A stretch of DNA of 64,000 bases from Eledone cirrhosa (lineage: Eukaryota): NCBI GenBank assembly GCA_964016885.1, contig OZ024743.1:84382001-84446000 (forward strand). The letters are read 5' to 3'. The notes beneath the pieces were generated by a model, which saw nothing but the letters and a program-made list of their open reading frames with translations, was not told where the DNA came from and searched no databases. How positions within the stretch are numbered: position 1 is the stretch's first letter; each line of letters starts with the position of its first letter. A program made the translations under genes and the position numbers. Positions 22,336-35,933 of the stretch are shown one piece after another.

Positions 22336-22689
22336 CATATATATATACATATATATATATATATCAACAGAAAAAAGACATCACAACAACCACATGGTTG
22401 CATGTTAAGGAGTTCAGTTTGCAACCACATGGCTTCAGGTTCAGTTCCACTAATGGTCCTTGCTGTTTCCCTCCTTTTCCCCTTCATTTATAGATTTATA
22501 GTCCTTTACATTACTTTCCTATACAACAAGATCTGCCCTTCTTTAACCCTTCCCCTTTTTTCATTACTTAATTTTGTTTTTATCCTTTTTTTAATATTTC
22601 CATCATTGTATAACTTTTGTTCAATAAATACAATGATTTATAATTTAAAAAAAGATAAGTACAAGACTTGAAAAAAAAAACCAATTTGC

Positions 22690-23160
22690 CTTAAAAACAA
22701 TTTGCCTTTTGTTGCTAGCAGACAGGTAGTAGCTGCCTGAACTTGTCTCATCCTATACTTTTCTAGCAGAGGTAATAGTTCCTTGAACTTTTCCTATCTC
22801 ATTGTTCTTCTGGCTACTACGTTTCCAGTACAATCACCTCCACTAATGACTAGGTCACTTATGTAGCAGAACCGACCAACTATTTCTGGGAAGCTTTCCA
22901 AGAGTTTTAAAGAACATATTTCATGAGTTCTCTTGCTGCTAACTACACTACTCCTGTGTATTTGCTACATATGAAATCCTTCTCTATTAGCCTACATGTG
23001 ATTCAACAGCACTTCTTGTGCAACCTGAATTTACACTGGGTACATTATATGGAACTCCTAACTATTCCTTTTCTGCATATTGAGAAGAGCCCTTTCCTAG
23101 ATGACAGTAGAGCCCTGGCTTCTTTCCTGTTAACAGTATCTTTGTTAAATTTACTTTGAG
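22690..23160 (-). pseudogene. degenerate RTE RT C-terminal remnant
   Basis: FCYISDLVISGG..KFKELLPLL. Confidence 0.75.
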
Positions 23161-23184
23161 AACTTATCCTAGAATATTTGGTGG

Positions 23185-23330
23185 TGAAATGGCAGATTTG
23201 TTAGAACATCAGATAGAAAGCTTTGCAGTATTCATTCTGGCTCTCTGCATTCTGTTGAAGTCAACTTTACTTTTCAATTTTTCAGGGTCAATAAAAAAAG
23301 TACCAGTTTAGTACTGAGATTGATTCTTCT
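23185..23330 (+). mobile_element. degenerate tRNA-derived SINE (family 2)
   Basis: TGGCAGATTTGTTAGA head; GTCAACTTT..GTCAATAAAA..GTACCAG body. Confidence 0.55.
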
Positions 23331-23349
23331 ATATCTCTTTCTCACTTTC

Positions 23350-23575
23350 TAGCAGTCCTGATTGTAGTACACCTGTAGAGAGCTGATTAAATTCATCTGT
23401 CAGTCCTGATTGTGATACATCTGTAGAGAGCTACCTCATTTCATCTGGCAATCTTGATTGTGGTACATCTCTCAGTCATGATTGTGGTACATCAACCAGT
23501 CATGATTGTGGTACACCTGGTGGATGTAGTACATCTGTCAGTTGTGGTACATCTGTCAGTCGAGGTTGTGATATA
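23350..23575. repeat. degenerate minisatellite (CAGTCNTGATTGTGGTACATCT)
   Basis: repeated GATTGTGGTACA. Confidence 0.7.
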
Positions 23576-23579
23576 TATG

Positions 23580-24250
23580 TAGTGATAACTATTGCAATCA
23601 CGTTGCCCATAACCAGTCTAAGATAAATTATTCTGTTCCATACTCTATCTGAATTACTTTTATCTATCTATATTTCTGCTAACAGTAGAATACTTTAACT
23701 ACTCCAGTACTATTATCTACCAGAAGGAATTTATACCTGTGTTCCTTACTCATGAGGAGTCTGGTTGAGGTTCTCCTCCATTTTACCTCCTGTACACATC
23801 TTGCATCTACTCTAACATCGATAAAATCCCTCCAGTGCTACCATTCATTATGTGAACAGGAAGGGTGGGTGTGTGGGGGTAAATCACTAACCTGGGATGT
23901 TACATGTTGCAACACCTCTGGTACCAACTGCATTGTCTCAGCCACAAATCCGGGCAACGCCACCCATAATGCAGAGGAGCAGAAGGTAACCAAATACTGA
24001 TTGCTTCCTTTTTGGTACTGGTTCATCATCGAGAGCTCTGGTGTCTTTGGTTCCCAGACAGTTATTTTACCTCCACAAAATCATGAGAGATGTAACCCAA
24101 TGAAGGAACCTCATGGGTTGGAATGGCTGAAGTAGTGAGTGTCCCTGGCTATTATTCTCTATAGCAATGCTTTCACCATCTTGTCCAAGAGATGCAGCTG
24201 CAGCTGAGATGTACCGCACCCAACCAAAAGTGTAGAATTTGCCACCCCCT
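23580..24250 (-). pseudogene. degenerate RTE AP-endonuclease/5' remnant
   Basis: CVQEVKWR..HRYKF..RIIYLRLV. Confidence 0.6.
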
Positions 24251-24440
24251 CTCATGTTTCCCCCTTCCCTTTTTTATTTTATTAAATTTTTCACAATCCC
24301 CCACCCCCCATTTTTCTCTCTTCCTGTTTACTATTTAATTTATAAATATATATATATATATGTAAATATAAATGAATGAAGTAATTCCATCGGAAAAGTC
24401 CAGGAAAAAAGAGTGCTCTATGTAGGTAACAGAGCTTAAG

Positions 24441-24562
24441 AGTTATGTAATAAGGCAATTATTTCATTTACCAGTGGTTTCTTAAAAGCAAACAAATTTT
24501 GTTTGCTTTTAAGAAACCACTGGTAAATGAAATAATTGCTTTATGTTGTTTATTACATAACT
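24441..24562. repeat. fold-back cassette (family B) with HHR 3' half only
   Basis: arms around 24497; GAAACCACTGGTA; shares GAGTGCTCTATGTA.GTAACAGAGC with 29857 and 54935. Confidence 0.88.
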
Positions 24563-24632
24563 ATATATATATATTTCGTTTCTGAATTTGTTTAGCAAGA
24601 TTCTTATTGGCAACATGACCCTCCCAAAGTAT

Positions 24633-24712
<80 letters not shown>

Positions 24713-24842
24713 GTGAGGTTTTTTTTACAAAATGAAAAATAACCGAGGTGTCGTACACGAGTGAAAGTATAAAGAAAAAAGATGAAATCGAAAATGCAAC
24801 TGGAGTCTTATTTAAAAAAAATATATATATATTTATTTGGTT

Positions 24843-24880
24843 CCTTTACCGGTTTCGCAGTTCTTCTGCTTTTCAAAAGG
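24843..24880 (-). ncRNA. minimal hammerhead ribozyme, U3-A8 core variant
   Basis: CCTT-TTGAAAA-GCAG aagaa CTGC-GAAA-CCGG-TA-AAGG. Confidence 0.7.
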
Positions 24881-25208
24881 TGAGTTGAGATGGAGGGTCT
24901 GTGGTTTTATACCCACTCTGCATCTCCCCATGCATTCAGTACTCCCATGGGTCTTCCCAGTCTCAGCACCACAGACTATGTATTTATATACTTTCATTAT
25001 TGCATGCTTCTGTTCACCAATATATTTATGTCACTGTACTACTGTGGAGTCAGTCACTTGTCTGCCTGCTGTAGGTAAAGTAGGATATTTACCTCCCAGC
25101 TGCCAGTTCACACTCTCTGGGGACTGTTACATTTTGATAGGGAAGGAAGGACAGTAGCAGTAGCAGCAACAGCCAACTGAGAAGACAAGTTAAAGTTAAC
25201 CCCCCCCC

Positions 25209-25239
<31 letters not shown>

Positions 25240-25369
25240 ACACTTCTATCAATGACTTGTCTAAAACATACCTCAGAATATGTTGCAGACACTACTACCT
25301 GGACAAAAATAAATATATAAATAAATCCCAGAGTAATTATTTCCTGAAAATAAAAATAATGGCTTCTGA

Positions 25370-26140
25370 TTTAGGCACAAGGCCAACAATTTTTAGGGGA
25401 GGAGAAAGTTGATTAAATTGATACCAGTGTGTTACTGGTACTTTATTTTATTCACCGCATAAGGATGAAAGGCAAAGTTAACCTCGGCAGCATTTGAACT
25501 CAGAAAGGAAAGGGTAATAACACACAAAGCATGTTGCACGACGCTCTACCAATACTGCCAATCCACCAATAATGATTTCTTTTATTTACCATAAGGTGAT
25601 GGTGATGATGATGATGACGATGATGGTGATGATGATGACGATGATGATGATGACGATGATGATGGTGAGGATGATGATGATGATTTCTAATTTAGGCACA
25701 ACAGCAAGAATTTGGATGGAGGAAAAAAGTTGATTGAATCAACCCCAGAATTTCACTAGTACCTTATTTTGTCGACCCTGGAAGGACGAATGGCAAAGTT
25801 GACCATGGTGGGATTTGAACTCAGAACTTAAAGCACCAGAAATAAATAACACGTATCATTATGTCCAACATTTTACTAATTACATCACTCCACCACCCTA
25901 ATGATGATGGTGATGATGATGATGGTGGTGGTGGTGGATTCTGATTTAGACACAAAGTCATCAATATTTTTTTTTTTTTTTAGTGGGTTAAATAGACCTC
26001 AGTACTTGTTTGGTACTTTATTTTATCGACCCTGAAAGGATGAAAGGCGAAGCTGACCATAGCAGGATTTGAACACAGAAATTAAAGAGCCAGAATAAAT
26101 ATGTTAAGGCATAGTAGTCTTATCTCCAACTACCTCAATC
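25370..26140 (-). mobile_element. three tandemly arranged tRNA-derived SINEs (family 2) separated by (GAT)n
   Basis: each has a B-box-like G.GTTCAAAT and the GGTACTTTATTTTATCGACC body. Confidence 0.8.
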
Positions 26141-26396
26141 TGCCTAATAATGTTTGGTTTTGCTTTTAATAGTGATCAGAAGTTTATGTAGCTGTGTGTA
26201 TGTAGGGGGGAGGGTATGGTAGGAGGAAGATGAAATGATGGCAGTGATGGGGTTAATGGTGGTGGTGGGGTGGTGATGGAGATGTTGGGGGTCCCTTAAG
26301 ATTATACAGATCAGGGGAAGTAGAGGCATTAGAAGTTAGTTCAAATAACTACAATAAATCACACACTCATCCTCTCTTATATAAAAATGTATATAT

Positions 26397-26435
<39 letters not shown>

Positions 26436-26549
26436 ATACATATACACACACACACACAAATATATATATAGTTTATTATTCTGGAATGTTTGCCAATACT
26501 AACTGATGTACTGGTGTGTATGTATGTGAGTGTGTTAGCGTGTGTGTAT

Positions 26550-26720
26550 GAGGCCGCAGATTGGCAGAGTCATTAAAATGTCGGATGGAGTGCCTGTAGT
26601 ATCCGTTCCGCCTCTCTGCTTTATCTGAGTTCAAACCCTGCCAAGGTCAACTCTGTCTTTCATCCTCTCGAGGTCAATAAATAAAATACCAGTCCAATAC
26701 TGGTGTTGATTCATCCGCTA
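26550..26720 (+). mobile_element. tRNA-derived SINE (family 2)
   Basis: TTGGCAGAGTC head; GAGTTCAAACCC B-box. Confidence 0.7.
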
Positions 26721-27176
26721 TATCTCCTTCTAACTTCTCTTCTCTAGAGAATATCACCTGCAATCAGACATGATGAGGGGGTGGGCTCCACCAGGTTTAA
26801 AATACCCGTGTTGCTATGACTCACTCAGGAGTTACAGGTCCATATACACACACACATACTATAATTATTATTCTAGGGAATTCTTTGCTCTATGTTTAAA
26901 CCTATACAAGTTCAACTGCAAACGAGAAACTCTATAACTTAGTTATAGAGTTCTAAGTTGGATGTTGGTCTTGTTGGTAAGATCCCATTTATGATGATGA
27001 TGATACACACACACACACACACATTTATCTTATTCTTGTCCCATGAACCTGTGATAAGCAGGCGAAATTCCAGGGTTACAAGACTCACTATTTAGCCTTA
27101 ATAAAATGTAAATTAGAACTCTACTTCAGTATTGAGTAGACTTTTCTCTCAGCCATCAACCACATACAGATATATA

Positions 27177-27206
<30 letters not shown>

Positions 27207-27207
<1 letters not shown>

Positions 27208-27530
27208 CATCATCAACGTTTAACGTCCGTGTTCCACGCTTGCATGGGTTTGGACGGGGGTTTTCCCACTTGAGGCAAGAGTGATTATCTTGCTCGCACA
27301 GGACTATCTGGCGGGTTTTCTACAGCTGGATGCCCTTCCTAACACCAACCACATTTACAGTGTGGGGCTGGGAGGTTTTTACCGTGTTGCCTACACGGCC
27401 ACATTTCAGCGTGGACTGTCTGGCGGGTTTTCTACAGCTGGATGCCCTTCCTAACACCAACCACATTTACAGTGTGGGGCTGGGAGGTTTTTACCGTGTT
27501 GCCTACACGGCCACATTACAGCGTGAACTG
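27207..27530 (-). mobile_element. RTE 3' UTR fragment with 112-bp tandem duplication
   Basis: matches 49370-49600; unit repeated at 27301 and 27413. Confidence 0.85.
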
Positions 27531-27559
27531 CGTATATATATATATATATAGTAATAATT

Positions 27560-27742
27560 GTTTCTACTTTAGGCACAAGGCCAGCAATTACCCAGTACAT
27601 TACTGGTACTTTATTTTATCGACCCCGTAAGGATGAAAGGCAAAGTTAACTTCGGCGGGATTTGAACTCAGACTCTAAAGGGATGTAACTATGCTGGAAA
27701 GCATGGCATCCAACCCTCTACCATTACTGCCAATTCACCACC
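27560..27742 (-). mobile_element. tRNA-derived SINE (family 2)
   Basis: A-box and B-box, shared body. Confidence 0.8.
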
Positions 27743-28277
27743 ATGTAATAATACATTCATAAATACACATTCATATACACATATGCATGCACACATATCA
27801 TTATCATTCATCATTAATATATATATATACATTATATATATATATACATATACATAATTCAAATATACGTGCATACAGACAGACATACATACACATGTAG
27901 GATAGTGGTGACATAACAGGGTGGAATGATGATAGTGATGATGATGCTAATCATGATGTATCATCATCATCATCGTCATAATTGTTACATGTTTTTTTCC
28001 ATAATTGAATAATTTATAAACGTAAATACTGCACGTGCACACAAACACACACCCACCCAGGGTTGGATTTAGACATTGAGGGTCTGAGGCACTTCAGAAG
28101 GAGGGGGGGGAGGGGTGCTTATACACAAAAAATTAGAAAACACAGCAAACCCCCTAATTTTACACATCACAGTTAGCTTGGTGCAAGTAGTTGGAATTGA
28201 AAAGTTATACGTATACGGTATTAAATTCAAAAATTCTAACCATTCTAAAACTAAAAAGCCCAGCTGAGGACAGTTAA

Positions 28278-29110
28278 TTGCTATGGAGTTATGGAAGCCC
28301 TGTATTGCTAGATACACATTATGTAAGAGGAAGATATGCAAGCCCTGTATTACTAGGTACAGAATATATAAGGAGTTATGGAAGCCCTGTATTGCTAGAT
28401 ACACATTATGTAAGAGGAAGATATGCAAGCCCTGTATTACTAGGTACAGAATATATAAGGAGTTATGGTAGACCTGTATTACTAGGTACAGAATATACAA
28501 GGAGCTATGGTAGACCTGTATTACTAGGTACAGAATATGTAAGAGGGAGCTATGGAGGCCCTGTATTACTAGGTACAGAATATACAAGGTACTATGGTAC
28601 AAGTTACTAGGTAGAGATTATGTAAGAGGGAGCTATAGTTTTAATAGGTACAGGCAATACAAGATGGAACTTCAGCAGCCTTATATTACTAAGTAGAGAA
28701 TATGTAAGAGGGAGCTATGGGAGCCGTGTATTACTAGGTACAGAATATGTAAGAGAGAGCTATGTTAGCTATTACAGGGATCAGTGCTACAGAGGCCTGG
28801 TTAAAGGCCCAACCCTCTGAGTTCTTTTTAGAGGGCTTAGAAAAATTGAAGGACCACTGCAATAAGTGTGTGAATCTGAGAGGAGAATATGTTGAATAAA
28901 ATCATAACTAACCGATTGTCCTTTAATTTTCTTTTACCCATAGCCAGGAACTTTGCAGCACATCCTCATATATATTGCTAGGCACAGACTATGTAAGAGG
29001 GAACTATGGTAACTCTGAAATACTAGGTACAGAATATATAAGAGGTAGCTATGGGAAAAATGTATTACTAGGTACACACTGGGTAACAGGGAGCTAGTAT
29101 AGCGCTGTAT
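28278..29110. repeat. ~43-bp minisatellite (87-bp higher-order unit)
   Basis: repeated CCTGTATTACTAGGTACAGAATAT. Confidence 0.9.
28790..28970 (+). mobile_element. mariner 3' remnant inside the minisatellite
   Basis: FFLEGLEKLKDHCNKCVNLRGEYVE* followed by a TIR-like end ..CAGCACATCCTCA-TA. Confidence 0.7.
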
Positions 29111-29819
29111 GACTAGTTTTATTCCTCTCATTTGCACAACCAAACCTACATACATGTGTGTGTGTGTGTGCATGCGCACATATATATATATATATATATA
29201 TAGATATATATATATAGATATATATATATATATACAGAGAGAGAGAGAGGGAGAGAGATACACAGATAGATAGGGTCTTCAGTCAATTGAATGAGCAGCA
29301 AACTTCCTAGTGCTGGTGCCAGAATAAAATGCACCTAGTACACTCTGTAAAGTGGATGGTGTTACGAAGGAATTCCAGCTATAAAGAAACAGAACCAGGG
29401 GGTTAAGAGGACCCTTCAGTCATGACACGGCAGCCCATCTAGTGCTGCTGCCATGAAAGATGCACCCAGTACGTCCAGTAAGGGTGTACTGATTTTGACA
29501 AGGACATCCAACCTAGAAAGCATGCTAAACAAAGGGTCAACAGGACTCTTGATTTGCCTCAAAGGCACAAATGTTTCTGTAGTGTTGGTGACACAATAAA
29601 ACCCATTTAGTACACTCTGGAGATTATATATATATATATATGTATGAGAGAGAGAAAGAGGTGGGTGCAGCAATGCATAGAAGGGTGCTGTGGCCTGCAG
29701 CACATCTGAGAAGAGAGTAGCTCCGATTAAGTACTGATTTTGTGACTATCTGCCCAACACACACATATACATGTGTGTGTGCATGCGTATGTGTATGTAT
29801 ATATATATATAAATATATG

Positions 29820-30010
29820 TGTGTTAAGTATTTCCATAGATAAGGTAAAGGAAAGAAGAGTGCTATATGTATTGTACAGAGCTATTTAATTATATAATAA
29901 ACAACACAATATAATTATTGCATTACCAAACGTTTTGAGAGACTAGACGATTATTATAGAAATGTCCAGTTCATTAGTCAGACAAAATTATTATTTTGTC
30001 TGATGAACAC
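29820..30010. mobile_element. family B cassette, degenerate, with short hairpin and truncated CTGATGA
   Basis: similar to 54897-55066. Confidence 0.55.
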
Positions 30011-30211
30011 ACATACACACACAAATATATATATAATACACATGCATATATAATGCATATATATACATATATATAATACACATACATATAATGCATATAT
30101 ATACATATATATAATACACATACATATAATGCATATATATATACATATATATACATACAGATACACACATATATATATATATTTATACACACACACATAT
30201 ATATATATATA

Positions 30212-30300
30212 CTAGACCACCAGTGATCCGTTGGGTCACGTTCAGTTGAAAATATTTTTAAAAAATCATGTTCACTTAAAAATGATTTTTAAATAATTAA
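30212..30300 (-). mobile_element. Helitron 3' end fragment
   Basis: GTGACC..GATCAC hairpin followed by CTAG|T. Confidence 0.5.
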
Positions 30301-31021
30301 AATATACACAGACATGTATATAATGTGAAATGAAACTGGAAAGTCCATATATGTGTGTATGTATATATATATAAATGTATGTGTGCATATACATATATAT
30401 ATGTAGGTGTGTGTATATAAGTGGGTGTTTCTGATCTATATACACTGGTCATAGACATACACACACACACACACTCACATATATACAGAACACCACCACC
30501 AGCTCTCTCCCTCTCTTCCATTTTAATAATAATAATAATGAAATTATTGTGTACAATGCTCAGGTGCACTACAACTCATCAAAGAATCATGTCTCTCTTC
30601 CAATCTACCCTTTCACAACTAGTATGTCTTTCTATCTTTCTCTGTTTATGATGGTACCCGTGATTCGGCACCCATGCTTTGATTTCTGTGAAACTTGTAT
30701 TTATTCCATTTGCATCCCTATTTCAGGATCAACTTCCTTTCAAAGTATTTTCCCATTACGCGCCCTGTTGGGTGTATTACATTACAGACAAACAAGCAAA
30801 CAAGCAAGCAACAATAACAGGGTTGTAGTAGTAGTAGTAGTATATATATATATCTCTATATATATATATCTATATATATATATTGAGTACTCTGGTGCAT
30901 TATGGTTCACCTGCTATCTTACCATACCTTCTTTCTTATATTCAATTATAATATACGGCTCTGAAAAATCTCTTTCCTTGAGCTATTTTGAGTTCAAACT
31001 CGATATATACCATTGATATAT

Positions 31022-31460
31022 ATCATCATCATCATCATCATCATCAACGTTTAACGTCCGTGTTCCACGCTTGCATGGGTTTGGACGGGGGTTTTCCCAC
31101 TTGAGGCAAGAGTGATTGTCTTGCTCGCATAGGACTGTCTGGCAGGTTTTCTACAGTTGGATGCCCTTCCTAACACCAACCACATTTACAGTGTGGGTCT
31201 GGGAGGTTTTTACCGTGTTGCCTACACGGCCACATTACAGCGTGGACTGTGTGTTTTTTTTGTCGTGACACCTACACGATCTCATTTGTTTCGGCCTGGA
31301 TGTTGTGGCACCAACATAACTTTACATAGAAGGGGGTGGTGGGACGGGGGGGGGGGGTGTGTTTTGTTAGAGATGCCTACTGACTGTAGTAGGTTTTACT
31401 ATGTATTTAGGTAAGGCGGGTCTTCTCTATTACTGAGTACCGCCAAAGGTCTCGGTCCAG
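31022..31460 (-). mobile_element. RTE 3' end, same family as 47561-49602
   Basis: near-identical reverse complement of ~49190-49600. Confidence 0.9.
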
Positions 31461-31591
31461 TATATATATATATGAATGTATATATAGTATGCTTAATCAA
31501 AAAAATTTTGAAGGTCTTCAAAATGTTTTTAATTAAGCATACAGTGTATTGCCAAATATACTATATATACATCGCTATTTCAGAGCACCAA

Positions 31592-31658
<67 letters not shown>

Positions 31659-31868
31659 TTATGTATATATGTATACACATACATACATATATATACATAC
31701 TTATATATATATATACATATATATTTACATACATATACTCACATATACATATGTATATATATACATACATATATATATATATACACACATATACATATAT
31801 ATATGTATATATACACACATATATATATATATATATATGTGTGTATGTATATATATATATGGATACAT

Positions 31869-31901
<33 letters not shown>

Positions 31902-32247
31902 TATACACATATATACATATACATATACACATATACATATATATATATACACATATACATATATACATATACATATATACATATATACATATATATACAT
32001 ATACATATATATATATATATATACATACATACACATACATATATATATATACATACATACACATATATATACACATATACATATATATATATATATATTT
32101 ATACATACATATACATATATATACATATAAATATACATACATACACATTGAATTTTCTAATTGGATTTTCACCCGGAAACTGGATACTAACTCGGAGTAC
32201 ACCTCAACTTCCACCATTGAAATTTTCTTACATACACACATATATAT

Positions 32248-32304
<57 letters not shown>

Positions 32305-32426
32305 TATATATACACACACACACATATATATACATACACACACACACACACATATACACTCACACACATATATATACATATACACACAAACACACAGACA
32401 CACACATATATATATACATATATATA

Positions 32427-33334
32427 TCTGTATATATATAAAATTAAGTATGTGTGTGTGTCTGTGTATTACCTATAGGGGCCTACATCTTAAGACCGAT
32501 TTTCTTGAAACTTTACAGACTCATAGATTAGTCATCGGGGAGTGTTTTCTATATATCAGCGTATCGTTTTTTTTATTCCGTGGTCCTTCTGCAGATAAAA
32601 ATAGATAGGGGGGGGGGGGTCACCTTTTTTTAGGTATCGAAAAATAAGATTTTGGGCCCTAGCTCCCACATTTTGCCACCGATTTCGTTCAAATTTTAAA
32701 GCAAAATAGAATTTATCATTGCACATTCTGTAATGGCTTTATATTTTGCATTTGTTGTTCAGGGACGGCTTGGCAGCCGCTCAAATATTCAAAGATACCA
32801 CTTTTAGACTCAAATTTCCCACGGCTCTAGTTCCCACATTAATCAACCTACTTTGTTCAAATTTTACACTACGCTAGATCTGATTATTTCACATCTTAAA
32901 GTAGCTTTACATTTTGGATTTCTTGTTCAGGAACGGCGTGGCAGCCACTTAAATATTCGAAAATACCACCTTTTCGGCTCTAGCTCGCACATTTTTCAAC
33001 CGATTTCGTTCAAATTTGAAACTTCGGGTCAACCTCACACATAAATCAATTTCTTTGGTTCAACTTTTATACTACGATAGAACCTATCATTGCACATCTT
33101 ATAGTAGCTTTACACTTTGCATTTTTTGTTCAGGGATGGCATGGCAGCCGTTTAACTCTTCAAAATACGATTTTTTCCACCTCCCACATATTCCATACGA
33201 TTTCACTCAATATTTTGCCATTTGCTACACCTTATGACCGATTTTCAAGAAACTCATAGTCTCTAAGATCAACACCTTTTCATCCAAGCAGATATTATTT
33301 TACCTACCCAGGCAATGCTGGGTACTGCTGCGAG
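32427..33334 (+). mobile_element. non-autonomous Helitron-like element with internal subrepeats
   Basis: A|TC 5' end, (GT)n near the 5' end, 3' hairpin CCCAG..CTGGG then CGAG|T; GTTCAGG.A.GGC.TGGCAGCC repeated three times. Confidence 0.65.
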
Positions 33335-33340
33335 TATATA

Positions 33341-33554
33341 TCATTTCATTTTACGTCCGCTTTTTCCCTGCTTGCAAGGGTGGGACGGGAACTGATGCTG
33401 GCTTGATTTCTACAGCTGGATGCCCTTCCTAACACCAACCTCATTGACAGTGAGTGCTGGGTGCTTTTTTGCCGTGGCACCTCCACGACCACTTTGCAGT
33501 GGAATGATAGGGACCCCAGTCCCTATCATCTCACTTCTACAGCTGAGTAAACTG
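33341..33554 (-). mobile_element. 5'-truncated SINE (family 1, RTE tail)
   Basis: matches 57600-57812. Confidence 0.88.
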
Positions 33555-33845
33555 TATATATATTTATATATATTAATATATATATATATTTATACATACA
33601 TATACATATACATATATATATATACATATATACATATACATATATATATATACATACAAACATACATATATATACTTACATATATATATATATACATACA
33701 TACATATATATACATATATACATACATACACACACATATATATATATACACCTATATATATACACACATATATACACACATATATATATACACACATTTA
33801 TATATATACACACATTTATATACACATACACATATATATACATAC

Positions 33846-34141
33846 ATATAACGAAGGAGGTGTGGTAAGAAACCAGATAGACCATAACGCACCATATTAC
33901 TCAATACTTAGGGTAGTAGAGTGGGTAATAAGAAAAGGTATGACCCCGACGGCAGAGCTCAAGCCGTTTGGATGGCTATTTCTGGACTCGTCCAGAATAG
34001 TCCAGAAATAGCTGTCGAAACGGCTTGAGCTCTGCCGTCAGGGTCATACTCTTTTCTATTTCCCACTCTACTACCCTAAATATTGAGTACTTTGGTGCGT
34101 TATGGTCCATCTGGTTCCTTACCACATTTCCTTCGTTATAT
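33846..34141. repeat. diverged fold-back cassette with HHR remnant
   Basis: ~135-bp arms; GAAACGGC..GCCGTC stem III with GUC site; 5' core disrupted at the fold centre. Confidence 0.85.
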
Positions 34142-34159
34142 ATTATGAATATATATATT

Positions 34160-34421
34160 GATGTGTTGTTTCCTTGAGCAAGACACTTTATTTCACATTA
34201 CTCCAGTTTACTCAGCTGTAGAAATGAGGTGATAGGGATTGGGGTCCCTATCATTCCACTGCAAAGTGGTCGTGGAGGTGCCACGGCAAAAAAACAGCCA
34301 GCACTCACTGTAAGTGAGGGTGGTGTTAGGAAGGGCATCCAGCTGTAGAAATCAAGCCAGAATCAGTTCCCGCCCCACCCTTGCAAGCAGGGAAAAGCGG
34401 ATGTAAAATGAAATGAAATGA
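34160..34421 (+). mobile_element. 5'-truncated SINE (family 1)
   Basis: CCTTGAGCAAGACACT body; (AAATG)n tail. Confidence 0.88.
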
Positions 34422-34535
34422 TATATATATATTGCCAGCGAACGTCACCATGAACCAAAGTATCGTCTTCCTGTCTTCCTCCGGTTGCAACGTTTTTTGA
34501 AATATCCAGTTCTGCGTTTACAGATTGACTTTGTT

Positions 34536-34586
34536 AGTTTCAGAAGATCCCGTTAAGGGTGAAAGCAGCGATTCTTTGCTTAAACT
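34536..34586 (+). ncRNA. hammerhead-fold motif, U4A variant (family C)
   Basis: AGTTT-CAGAAGA-tCCC gttaa GGGt-GAAA-GCA..TGC-TT-AAACT. Confidence 0.6.
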
Positions 34587-34790
34587 TTAATCTGTTATTT
34601 TAATAAATATATATATTATGAATATATATATATATTATGAATATATATATATTATGAATATATATATATAATCATCATCATCATATATATATATTATGAA
34701 TATATATATTATGAATATATATATATATATATATTATGAATATATATATATATATATATTATGAATATATATATATATATATATATATTA

Positions 34791-34824
<34 letters not shown>

Positions 34825-34839
34825 GAATATATATATATA

Positions 34840-35540
34840 CTAGCAGAATGGCTCGCCGTTGCTCGGGATTTGCTATAGGGTTCTTATATATTTGATATAT
34901 ATTTATCCTTATCAAACCTCGTGAAATAAATACGTTTGTTTATATTTTGTTATTGTGTAGGCAAAAATATCTGTCCATAAATATATAATTATATATATAT
35001 ATATATATTAAAATAACAGACTAAAGTTTAAGCAAAGAATCACTGCTTTCACCCTTAACAGGATATTCTACCTAAAAGCAGTATGAAGTACACTAAGACT
35101 AATTGATGTAATCTTTGGCCTTGTTTGTTTATATTTGTTTTTGTGTATGCAAAAATATCTGTACACGAATATCTATCAAAGAATCGCTGCTTTCAACCTT
35201 AACGGGATCTTCTTAAGCTAAAAAAATCAATCTGGAAAACAGGAAGACGATACTTTGGTTCGTGAAGACGTTCCCTGGCATAAGAATATATATACACACA
35301 CACTGATCGTGTCATAATGACGTAATGCAGACAGTCAAGCATACAGACAGATATTATGAAGGTGCGACGTCATATCTATGTATCTATCTAAAAAGTGAAA
35401 GACTAAGAGAAAGAGAAAGAGATCGCTAAATCGCCTAATGCAGTCCCTAGGGCATTGAAAATTTGAAATTTTTTTTTGCTCAAAACACTTCCGGGGTCAT
35501 ACGAGTTACATGTATAAAGTTTGAAAAAAATTCGATATGT
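34840..35540 (-). mobile_element. non-autonomous Helitron, same family as 62102-62712
   Basis: CTAG 3' end at 34840-34843 with subterminal hairpin; collinear with the 62.1-kb copy. Confidence 0.75.
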
Positions 35541-35856
35541 CTCATATGAAATAATACAGCCAATTTTCCACGCAATACTTTTAGTTAGCACCCCGAACGC
35601 ATAATTGGGAATATAATCACTTATTTCCTAATGTTTGTTGAGTGAGTTGGAATTTGGCCGGAGTATCGCTAAAAAGCTTTCTCCGATATTGTATTTATTT
35701 ATATATATATATATATATATTATGAATATATATATATAATGTATATATATATTAGAAAGTGAGATTTTTTTTACAAAATGAAAAATAACCGAGGTGTTCT
35801 ACACGAGTGAAAGTATAAAGAAAAAAAGATGAAATCGAATCTATATATATATATTA

Positions 35857-35917
<61 letters not shown>

Positions 35918-35933
35918 TAAAATAACAGATTAA

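Noticed and set aside
26928-26952. Small palindromes here and at 45933-45968
   Set aside because: Too short to assign to an element; no ribozyme core
28069-28610. Repetitive ORFs on both strands
   Set aside because: Minisatellite translation
28278-29110. CRISPR-like periodicity
   Set aside because: No unique spacers and no cas genes; eukaryotic minisatellite
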